This document shows, one piece after another, positions 49,701 through 60,700 of a DNA stretch of 64,000 nt; position 1 is the stretch's first letter, and each line of letters starts with the position of its first letter. Under the pieces are notes generated by a model. That model ran no database searches. It saw only the letters and a program-made list of their open reading frames with translations, and was not told the origin of the DNA. The DNA is from Halocafeteria seosinensis (taxonomy: Eukaryota), in assembly GCA_001687465.1 (NCBI GenBank), contig LVLI01000154.1, positions 1 through 64,000 of the forward strand, written 5' to 3'. The position numbers were made by a program, and so were the translations under genes.

Positions 49701-52700
49701 GGTTGGTTACCAGGATTTCTAAAGCGTTCCGCAGAGTCTATTCTTACGACGTCTCCGATCTGATAGGCCACAATCCTGAACTCTCTCAGTGCATACCTGA
49801 TTCAAGGGAGGATAGCCGGAGCAAATTTCTAAAGAATCTCACGTTTGGGTTCTCGTACGCTGAACATGGAGGATCTTGCATTTATTCTCCATTGCAGCTG
49901 CAAAACATCGAAGACGACACCATGTATCGGTTAACGAAGGATCTTACATGTCGGAGCAGCTCGCTGTCGCACGTTCTACGCAAATTTGTTTATGCCATGA
50001 ATGGAAGTTGGAAGTCCTGTGTTGTTTACCACTGGGACACGCTGCTGAGCGAGAGCTGCGTCACCTCTGCTGCGAAGCAGATGAGCAAAGACTGTTTGCA
50101 CGTCCCATCTTGCCACGAGATGCACTCGCCGGAGACGGTCGAGATAGGTAACTTGCCCCTGGTCCAAACTTTGAAATCCGCTATTTTAAAGAGTTTGGAT
50201 TGTCAGAACGGGACTCTGTTGGTAGCAAACACGCACAGACTTTGTCCGGCTTGCCGCCAGCAACTACTTTTTGTCATCAACCAATTATTGGTGCATGGGG
50301 ACATCCTGAGGATTTTTGGAGCCGCCGATATCAGTTTCCTGCTGGCTAAGACAGAGCTGCAACAAAGAAACATATTCGAAGCCACCCTTGGTACAATGAG
50401 TAACCATGAAGAAAGCAGAAATCAAGAAGGGGCTTACTTAAGCTATGCTTTCTTGGAAGGGAAGGGTGAGGCCTATACTAAGAAGGGTGGTGTTACTTTG
50501 CGATCAGTCTTTTCGCAACAGCGGAGTGCTCCAGAAGATGATGCGTCCGCAGAAGTGCAGTTGCAGTGCTTAACCCGCTATATACAAGAGCATTGCCAAC
50601 TATTTATAATTTCAGCGTCTGATTCCGTGGATGATATATTCACGGGACCAGATTCTCCGGGGGCTAATATGGAGCATTTATGCCAACCGGTGTTGAAAAT
50701 ATCTCATGTTCTTGCTGTTGATTGTGACGAGGAAGAGAACTTAGAAACTCTCTTAGCCAGTTATTATACGGCCAAAGTCAGTCAAGGTTTTCAGCTTCCT
50801 CCCGAACGAACGACCATTGACTTTTTCATTCAATTAAGAAAAGAGGTCTGTGTCGTTGCCGATTCCGGTAGAACGCCTGCTCTTTCCGATGCTACTGAAG
50901 GTTTGAGCATGACTGGCCGGATAATGAGGGCCCTAGATGCGTCTTCGCTTTATCAAACTCTTGTTGCTGTAAGTTTAGCTTGTTTTCTTGGGATTGTTTC
51001 TTTTTACTTTTATTTGGTTTGCTTGCAGCAAGAGACAAGCGATTGTGACGTAAAGACGATGCAGCACTGTCATTCGTTAATCATTGCGTCCTGTGGTTCT
51101 TTCCTGTGCCGAGTATCGGCACTAAGGAGAGGGGAATTCTTCAAGTTGATCCACAGGCTGATTGGTAGTTTTTTTGACCGAGAGACAATAAGTATGAATG
51201 GAGTATTGGATTCCTTGTCCGGGACTTTGTTTCCGCTTTGCCCGGATAACGACGGACTGAGGCTTTATCTGTCACTATCTACTCTGATAAGCGAGAACGT
51301 TCACTGGATTAGGGAGGCTATTTGCACCGAGAAAATCTCTTGCGAATTAGCATGCATAGCTCTTGCTGTGTCGCAAAGTTCCAAGTGGCCACTCCTTATC
51401 GATGAAAATGTAAGCCCTTGTGTCTGCTGCGGTTTCTTGCTTAACCTCTTCAGTACTTTCCTTCAATTATACAGCATTCGGCCGCTCAGCTAATTAGATG
51501 TAGAGAGCAGGGGAGAAACATTTGCTGGCTCACTGCCGATTGTTCAGCGGAAGACATGTCAAGAACAGCTATTAGTTGCCTAAAAGAGGGCAGGGCACTG
51601 GTTATAACCCTTAGTCAATACATGGACACATTCGCCGTTTCAGAGCACATTGAGGACCTTTCCGACCAGGAGGTAAGGTATATTCGAAAATACATTGCTT
51701 AGAAGTTCCCAAGAAATCTGCTTTGTGTGCTGCAGATAAGTCTGCCCCGGGGAGCCCAGCAACCGCTGATCCGTTACAATGGCCAGTGGGTTCCCATAAA
51801 CAGGAGCTTTAGACTGTATATTCTAAGTTACCCTGGAGCGTACCTTCCCGGCCACTGGTTTCGAAATGTACGTGTCTCTGCTTGAAGGATTTCTCCTTCG
51901 TCTGTTAACTTTGCTCTTGTTCTACGTGCAGCTCAATGTACTACGAGTGTCCAATTCGGAGTTAGCACTTTTCGAGAGATTTCATAGCGGCTTATTAGAA
52001 AAAATTTCGCAAGCCGACTTAGATCACTTGAGAAGAACCATGGAGAGTGTTTGGGATGAATTGCTAAAGCTAAAACTTTCAACCACCGAAAGCGTCGCTC
52101 CCTCAGCGGAATTCTTCAATACGCTAAAGCTTCGAGAGTCTGCAGTCTCTTATCCGGTGTTATCATCGGCCCTCTATCCGCAGTTTCAATTCCTATGCAG
52201 TGCATTATGTGCCACCAGAGATGACATCTCTCACGGCATATCATTTCTACCATTACTATCAAAATGCTTGAGTGATTTGCAGCAAGATTTGGGTGCAACT
52301 CAGGTCCTCCCGAAAGGCATAAGCGAGAGCATATTGAAATCTTGGTGTACTGTCCTTTTAAAACGATTCGACGCGTTAGCGTTTCGCTCTCTATCAACCC
52401 GGAGAGAAGTAGCGTTATGGCGCCTTCATGCTATGTTGGTGATAGGAATCAGTCGCCGCCAACACCATACAGAGCAGTTATTGGCTAGGGTGATTCTAGA
52501 AGCATTACATAGTGCCCATAGACGCTATTGCTGCAACACGAACGTTTGCTGTGGCCTCCGCGAGAACAGTTACCTTCAGTATTTCCAGCAGACAGCACTC
52601 ATGGTTTGTGATAGTGTTTGCCCGGCACAGCTAGAAGAAGTAACTCTGAATTGTACCGTCGACCTCCAGGGACTCCAGAAGGGGATCAAGATGACCATTG

Positions 52701-55700
52701 ATCAGGTTTGCAACCTACTTTATACAACTGAAGCGGATATCGATACAGTTGCTAGAAGTCTACTGTTGGTTGCCATTGGGCCGGCTACGATAGCTTTTGG
52801 GATCCTGTTTAGAGACGTTCGTCAACGCTTCGGGTATGACAGCATGGAACTTAAAATTCTACGTGAGAAATGGAAAGAATTGCTAGATCTCTTTAGTACA
52901 GACAACTTGAATGTACTCGTTAGCTGGAGAACTAACCCGGAATATTATAGTGGAAGCGAAGAAGTGCTTCTGGGACGTTTTCCTCAACTCCAAATTGTAT
53001 GCCACGTATCCGGCAGCAACAGTTCGCCTCATTGCCATATAACAGTAGAAGAGCGAAACGCGAACGATGATGAATTGCCTTCCTGCACTTTTTCCCATCA
53101 AGTACTTGCCCCGTTCGTGGAAGAACGTGATCTGCTCTCCGTAGCGGAGAGTATATGGAACCGCAACCGATCGGGCGTTGATGTCGAAAGCTGCGGAGAG
53201 AATGTTACACGGTGGATCGCAGACGATGCAACAGGGAATGGAAGAACGTATCGCTCCACAATTTGCTACGCTGAAGCGGAGACCTCAAAAAAATTAATCA
53301 GCGACCTGCTCTCAGCCTTATCCAAGAAGGAGGGGAGACGAGCGATAATCCTCTCAGTAGACCGTCTGACGCTACATAAGTTAAAGGGGGCGTTTCAGCA
53401 GTGCGCTCGTGAAGGTAGCTGGCTAATTCTTGATGTCTGTATGGAACTTCCTGCTATAAGTTCTGAGCTGTGCCAGCTGGAACACATACTCAGAGGCGAT
53501 GTGCCGGAACTAGTCCAGGAAACTCCTCACACAGATTTCCATGTGTTTTTCGTGGTTAACTGTAGGCAACGTCAACACAGCAATTCGTTACACTCGTTCT
53601 CATCGGTGATATCCCTAAGACACCCGTTGGTGTCTGCCGGGGTACTCCAAGATACTCACTGGAACCATTCGAGTTTAACGTTCCGTGGAATATTGTGGAA
53701 TCTGTCCATATTAGCGCAGGACGATTGGGAAAACCGGTCGTCTGATACACCACTGCTACCAAGTTCGCTGGAAGAGTTCGAGCCTCGAGTCAACAAACTT
53801 CTGCAAGCGATGAAGATAATCGTAGCTTTGGTACTGTCGCATTGTCCGCTCACCGTGATAGAATATGTCACTAACGTACTTTGCTGGAGGATGCTGTACG
53901 GTGCCCGGTGTGTGTACAAGTTGGGAAAATCATATATGGACTTCGGAGATACGCATGACTCGTCAAAATTCCCTGAAATTCTTCGCTCAATATTCTATTA
54001 CAGCTTGGGCTCCTTTGTTCATTTCGTCCCTCGGAAAGATATTTTATCGCTTCAGAAAGGGATGTATGTTATCTCTAGACTTCCTGAGCTGTTGCTAGAA
54101 GGGAAAACACCTTCCTTAAATGAGAACTGGCTTAAACATGCCTCGCTCGCGTTTGTTCGGCCTGGAATTCAGGTAATGGATTTCAACTCTAGCGCGCAAG
54201 AGGAAAAGACAAGATGGAACTCCTTGGAGAAGCTTATGGAAGCTGTACAAACCACGAGTGACGGAAAAGAATTGCGGCTATGGCAGCTTTCCACAGATGC
54301 GGACCCCTATGCATCCTATCTTGACGGCCCTAAGGCATGCACACCCTCAGATGCTAGTGGCCGGCAACTCGTCGTGCGGGAATCCAACAGCACGCCGGTG
54401 GAGCCAGACGTTTCGCTTGGTCTACCTGTGCTGGTTTCTAACAACCCGTCGTTGTTACACAAGATGGAAACTAAACTTGCTCTCGCGGTGGAGTCACACA
54501 AACTGGCAGATCGAGCTGTATCTTTAATCGTAACCATTGATAAGTCACTGAACAATTTCTCAAGGGAACTAAGGAATCAGCTGCTTCAATACTCCGAATT
54601 GTTCTCACTGATTCGTCTCAGTTTGCAGCCTGTGTGCGATCACCTACGATACACTAAGAGCATCCCGTTTAGCTTTGACGCGTTACATCTTCTTTCTGGA
54701 CGAATACCCGACACATGGCTATCAGAATTGGGCTCGCACATTGCGGAGAGCAGTGGTTTTGATTTGGAATCCTTTTTTTCCCGTCTGCAAGTGTCTATTG
54801 CGATGATTCGAGAACAGTTAGCCGTTGGGAAGATGCCGCGCGTACTTTGGCTACCATTCTTCTCTTCCCCTCATCGCCTCCTTGCCAATTTGCTCCTTGA
54901 TATATGCTATCAGCAGGGTATACCTCTTCATTCCATAGCGTTTGAAACTGTTGTGTTGGAACAGGCTGTTCCTTCCTGGCTTTACACCCAAACAATCAAA
55001 AGCAATAAGTGGAGAAGATATAAAGGGAACGATTCTGCATCAGTCCATGAGCGAAAAGGGGAACGAATGAACCTTCATGCCCCTATATCGTGCAATCTGA
55101 GCACCGGAGTGATCCGCCATTTTGTCCCGGACTATGCGCAGATGCGGAGTACTGCAAAAGTGAGTAGCACTGGCAGTGTTATGAAAAAGACACTCTCCTT
55201 TCCAGGAGAAGAGTATTCCCATCTCCCTTCATCTGAGGAGCTGGAGCAACGAATGTCTCAAAGTCTCCCTTTGCGCCCGCTTCTAGAGCAATCTACTACT
55301 AACAAGGAAGTCAGCAGCCAGCAACTTTCCAGTCTTATTTTGTCAAAAGGACTTTTGTGCTATGGGCTTAAACTGAACAACTGTTACTGGAATTGTTCAA
55401 GTCACTCACTGGAACCCGCAGTGGAAGAAGAGACGAGCGATTCAAGCCCGGTTTTGTGGCTCCGGCCCATTGCCAAGGATTCGTTTGCCTCAGGCAACGA
55501 ACGTACGGTGCAGCTAGCAGAGCAAGGATCCTGTGATGCTAATGGGATACTGCACTGCCCTTGTCGAGAGAGCTCTCGGACTTACTGCTCTTTGCTAAAG
55601 TGGAGCGATTTGAACACAAAAGCGTTAGTCTTCCCAACCCACAACTCACCGGAGGAATTTGCTGCAGCTGATGCGCGATGGACGTATGGTTTTTGGGTGT

Positions 55701-55702
55701 GA
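40798..55702 (+). CDS. Highly divergent dynein heavy chain-like protein (~4,700 aa, ~10 introns), probably ATPase-dead and lacking the stalk
   Basis: Tail/linker motifs INNHEKLLG...PLHEVW...WVHGPL, LQKRDWKAIS and QEFPRWYFLSNSEL; AAA2 GPHFSGKT; AAA3 LFIEDLN; AAA5 KWPLLIDE and SFRLYIL; C-domain YGLKLNNCYWN...PVLWLRP...CP. GT-AG introns join all ORF pieces in frame. Confidence 0.85.
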
Positions 55703-56028
55703 AAGGGGGGGACCGTGTGAAATATCAAATGAAGTTGATATGGCTGGTATTCATTAGTAGATGGTGTCACAGAGGAGAAGCAGTGTTCATCGTAACACTT
55801 GCTATGTGTAAACGTCGACGACTGTGCGTGCTCGTTTGGTACGAGCCATATGAGTCTATACCCTCGTTAGTCCAAAGTTCGCAAATTCCGCCTCGGTAGT
55901 CTACGTGATATAGTCCCAAGCTGGAAGCCACTATGTTGATAGTTGACACAAAATCGTTGGGTTCTCGCTATACTGATGGAACAGCACAATTTTAAACGTT
56001 GCCACCACTCTGGTGTGCAGCATAAGAT

Positions 56029-56665
56029 TTATTCATCCCTGAATTTCTCCGTGTTGGCAAAGTTAGCTCCTTGTTGGCGCTCACTGCGAAAATGTACACA
56101 TTTAAGAAGTGAAGGTGTAGGTATCGTTCTCCGTATGAATTTCAACGAAAGAGCGTAGTATGCACATACCGATCCAGTGATTCTCCGTTGGGTCCACGGA
56201 CATTGGAAGCTTGAACGCCGCGGTCCGTTTCCACTTGGTCGAATTGAACCTGAAGTCACGATGAAACGGGGCTTGTCATTGGCAATATATGCAAAGAGAA
56301 ATTAACTCATGCTTGTGCCACACCGTCATGGTATGCTGCAGGGTAAGCCAATGACGTACATGTTCACCTTCTTGAAGAAACCGGAAGCCATCTGAAACAA
56401 TCGCTGTTTGATGGACAAATACTGCAGTGGAAAATAGCAACCATAGGTACGTTAGATGAAAAAGACTATGCGCTGTTCGATCAGCACCTCGGACGGGTCA
56501 CATACCATCGGGACCACCCTCATTATCGGGCTCAATGAAGCCGTACCCCTTGTTGATATTGAACCACTTGACTGTGCCTGAAGCGAATCCTCTCGCTCCA
56601 TAGGTAGCTACGCTACTGCCCACTCGGGCAGAGCGATTGGCAACTGATTGGATAGCACGGAACAT
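56029..56665 (-). CDS. Cold-shock domain protein with mitochondrial presequence (4 exons)
   Basis: MFRAIQSVANRSAR...ARGF|AS presequence, then GTVKWFNINKGYGFI..D|VFVHQTAI...GFRFLQEGEH|VQFD...GVQASNVRGP with RNP1 and RNP2 intact. Confidence 0.92.
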
Positions 56666-56879
56666 TTTAAGAGACTCTGAAACACAGACAGAAGGCGGAT
56701 AAAGACCAAACAAACCCAGGGACTGAAGTCGTTTGGGAGTCACTCCGAGGGCAACGATTTGTTTGCTGTGTTAACCCATGTGGAACTTTCCGCAGTTTGA
56801 CGGGTTATACACGTTTGGAACTTCAAGCAAGCCGTTACCCATAACAAAATGTATGACAACTTTCACGGTGATACATGAA

Positions 56880-57088
56880 GGAGACTACAGGGTGTAGGGA
56901 GTCGCGTTTGCGCCTGTATTATGGTAAGTACATACTCTGGACGTATAGGAACCAACAGTTGTACCAAGTACAAATTGTGGATGCAAGAAATGAGCAATAC
57001 AGTACACGTATACAGTAGGAGACTCAAGCGTGTAGGGATTCACAATTGCATTTTCATGGTGGTAAAGTACTCTGATGTATTGGAACCA
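56880..57088. repeat. Diverged ~75-bp direct repeat in intergenic DNA
   Basis: ggagact...gtgtaggga.tc...ttgc...tggtaa...tactctg..gtat.ggaacca at 56880-56954 and 57018-57088. Confidence 0.7.
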
Positions 57089-57711
57089 GTGTTCTCCGTT
57101 TTCCGATGCATACGGGAGCTGGTCCCCCAAAACCCGCCTGGCGGTTGCAACCCCCAGTACCTAACCTAATGAGTCACACACGATGGGGCAACACCACCGC
57201 TTTACAGGACAGTTGTAGACGGACGGGCAGTTGATGAGTTATTATTGACTTCCAACCAACTTATAAACACGTAAACATCAACTACAGGTACAGCGGTACC
57301 GTGTATATCATACACATTGTTCATAGTGGTGCGACTGGTCCCTGGTCCCTGGTCCTGGTCCCCAGGTTTCCTCGCAGAAATTGCGCCGCGCCGATCGAGC
57401 AATGTCGTCCGCCTTTTCACCCCTGTTGGATCTTTCTTAGTGTGAACCTTTGGCGACAAAACACCACTGTATGAGTGGGAGTAGTTCAGCGGGTTTTGTG
57501 TCGGCAGGAAAGGGCACGTACATGTATTAGCACGTGCGAGTGCGCATAGACGACGAAACCCTGGTCTAGAATCCATAGTGGCGTTATCTGAAGGAAACCA
57601 GCCAGTGTCGTTATCGTCTTGGTCTTTCCCGTAACCTACAGAACAGAACACTACCCACCTGCTGAGTTCGAAAATTTCTCTGGCAACACTGCCTGCGGTC
57701 GTCAACTGACT

Positions 57712-57756
57712 CTATAAACCGCGACCAACGAACGCTACTAGATACTACTATAAACC
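57712..57756 (+). promoter_or_regulatory. Possible TATA elements (CTATAAACC twice) just upstream of the giant receptor ORF
   Basis: The identical 9-mer ctataaacc occurs at about 57712 and 57748, within 70 nt of the ATG. Confidence 0.3.
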
Positions 57757-57778
57757 AGGGAGATCAGGACCTATCACG

Positions 57779-60700
57779 ATGCTACACTGTAAGCGATTCG
57801 AGTGCAGAGGAAGAGCACTGTACTCCTCTCATTTAGAAACGACGATTCTAGGGTCCTTGCTAGTTGCTTGCTTGCTTCTGTGTGCCCAGGAAGCGGAAGC
57901 CAGCGAAATTGATCTGGAACATGAGCCATGCATAGAGGAAGATGACGCCAATAGTCTGTTACTCCAGACGTGTGACATCGACTGGAATTACAGAGGTTAT
58001 CAAAATGATGATTATATAACGTTGAAAAAAAATCAAGAATTCGACGGGCAGAACTATACGTTCAGTCTACATGGTGTGGAAGCATTTGATGGTCTATTTA
58101 GGGTCCATGGCGATGTTGACTCGTTCGATGAAGCCCCTCTGATAAGGAACGTCCATACTATCAAAGGAGAGGCTGCTGGGAGTGAGGGATTTATCGTTCA
58201 AGCTGGACAAAGGTTTTTACAGATATACTTCTGCGGTAATTCGGGTGGTAAACTCAATTACGGTAGCGGAGGAATTGCTGGTAGGGACAGCGGGTATGCG
58301 TCGGGGCAAGTTCTTATTGAAGATTGCTATTTTACTGGATCGATGACCGACAATGATGCCGGAGGGATCATTGGATTGTATGCCGGAAACAATGGAGGCA
58401 CAGTAAACGTATCCAACTGCTATAACACTGCTGATACCGCAATGTGGTGTGGGGGAATATGCGGAGCGCGGGCGGGTAACGGCGAGGATTCTCAGGTGTA
58501 CATTAAGCAATGCTACTCCACGGGACAGATAGCCGCTGACAATAGCGGTGGCATTGTTGGAGGAAAGACATATAGTGTAAACGTATCCCAATGCTTCACT
58601 ACTGGTGCAATTATGGCAGACCATACTGGAGGCATCATTGGAGCCAAAACGGCGTTTGACGGCGGTTCAGTCGAAATAAAAGATGTGTTCTCTACAGGGA
58701 ACGTACAACAGGGCACCTACGAGAGCGGTGGTATTGTTGGTGGTATAGCTCCTACAGGTAATATGTGGATAAGAAATGTATACATGCTCTCTGGTAGTGA
58801 CAGTAACTCCAGAGCATTTATGGTTGGCCAGGTTGAATCTGACAACGCGGAGATCCAGTATTCCGTACATCATTCCTCAGATGGGACTACAGACGCAGCT
58901 AAACTGGTAGACATAAATCCTGATCCTTTACACCAAGAAGGTAACTCTGGAGATCTACGTGATATCGACGGTCAGTTGTATCAGGTAAACACGCACAGCT
59001 GGAGCCATGATATCTGGCACGTTCCCGAGAATCCTGACGATGAAGGGAAAAAGTATCCACGTTTCCAATTCCAAAAAGCTTCTGAGAGCTTTTGCGGGAG
59101 AGGAAAAGTCCCTCGTTTACAAGAGGACGGGTGTCAAGACTGTCCAAGCCATCAAATATCGTCTACCGTAGACTCTCAGTGTCGTCCCTGTGGTCCTGGC
59201 GAGATCCCGACTGAGGATCAAGATGAATGCCAACGCTGTCCTCCTCATCAAGTAGCTACGAGTCTAGACAATATGTGCCAACCCTGTGGTGATGGTGAAG
59301 TGCCAAACGCAATTCAGGTCTCATGCAAGCAATGCCTGCCCTACCTAATCGCCAATTGTACAGACACCGAATGTAAACCCTGCGAAAGTGGTGCAGTTCC
59401 GAATGGGGAGCAAAACGGTTGTGAACGATGCCCTGCTCACAAAGTCGCCAATGAATCAGTTTCCGAGTGCCAGCGATGTGGAGCTGGCCATATACCCGAT
59501 GAACAACAGCATCGCTGCCAGCAATGCCTTCTTCATCAATATGCGAATATATCAGACGTTGAATGTCAGGTGTGTGGAAGGGGAAGGGTACCCTCTGAAG
59601 ACCAAAGTGAATGTAGACCGTGCTCGCCTAATGAAATCGCGAATAGTTCTGATATAAGGTGCCGTGTCTGTGAATCGCCACATATTCCTACAGCTGATCA
59701 GGGTGCTTGCATGGAGCCCTCTAGCTACCCAACCCCTTCAATATCCAGCACTCCCAGTGATAGCCCCAGTGTAACATCTTCGCCGACTGTGTCTCCTACG
59801 GCGACAGCCTCATCAAGTAGTAGTGTTTCTGGAACTGTAAGTGTAACTATGACGTCCTCCTCGAGTGGAACCGAGTCCCCGACTGCATCAAAGAGTGAAT
59901 CTGCGTCGCCAACGATGTCAAAATCCAAGACTGTCACTCCGACGACAACATCTTCTCCGACTGTGTCTCCTACGGCGACAGCCTCATCAAGTAGTAGTGT
60001 TTCTGGAACTGTAAGTGTAACTATGACGTCCTCCTCGAGTGGAACCGAGTCCCCGACTGCATCCAAGAGTGAATCTGCGTCGCCAACGATGACAAAATCC
60101 AAGACTGTCACTCCGACGACAACGCTTTCAGGAAGCCCAACATCCAGTGTAACATCTTCTCCGACTGTGTCTCCTACGGCGACAGCCTCATCAAGTAGTA
60201 GTGTTTCTGGAACTGTAAGTGTAACTATGACGTCCTCCTCGAGTGGAACCGAGTCCCCGACTGCATCCAAGAGTGAATCTGCGTCGCCAACGATGACAAA
60301 ATCCAAGACTGTCACTCCGACGACAACGCTTTCAGGAAGCCCAACATCCAGTGTAACATCTTCTCCGACTGTGTCTCCTACGGCAACAACCTCAAGAAGT
60401 CCATCCCAAACTGTTACGAACACTGCAACACTTAGTTGTTCCGCAACAGCCTTATCAAGTAGTAGTGTTTCTGGAACTGTAAGTGTAACTATGACGTCCT
60501 CCTCGAGTGAAACCGACACTCCGACTGCCTCAGACAGCGCCTCAAGAAGTCCAGCGAACCTCCAGCCTGTCATTTTCAACAATGTATCAGTATGGGAAAA
60601 CCAATCAACAAAGTGCTCCGAAAAACAACCTATTTGTATCACTTTGCTTTACCCCCCAATCGTCCGCCGTGAATACACGGAAGAAGCTGATGGTTTCGGG

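Noticed and set aside
56768..56812. Hairpin upstream of the cold-shock gene as a cspA-like RNA thermometer
   Set aside because: Pairing is weaker on the transcribed (minus) strand and the transcription start is unknown.
56886..56895. TACAGGGTGT, resembling a mariner terminus
   Set aside because: No matching inverted partner was found nearby.
57330..57362. (CTGGTCC)-type micro-repeat, about 4 copies
   Set aside because: Simple slippage repeat with no further structure.
59767..60530. CRISPR-like array
   Set aside because: The units are long, in-frame coding repeats without unique spacers, in a eukaryotic gene.
59725..60642. 305-aa Val/Asp-rich ORF on the minus strand
   Set aside because: It is the antisense shadow of the Ser/Thr repeat in the plus-strand receptor gene.
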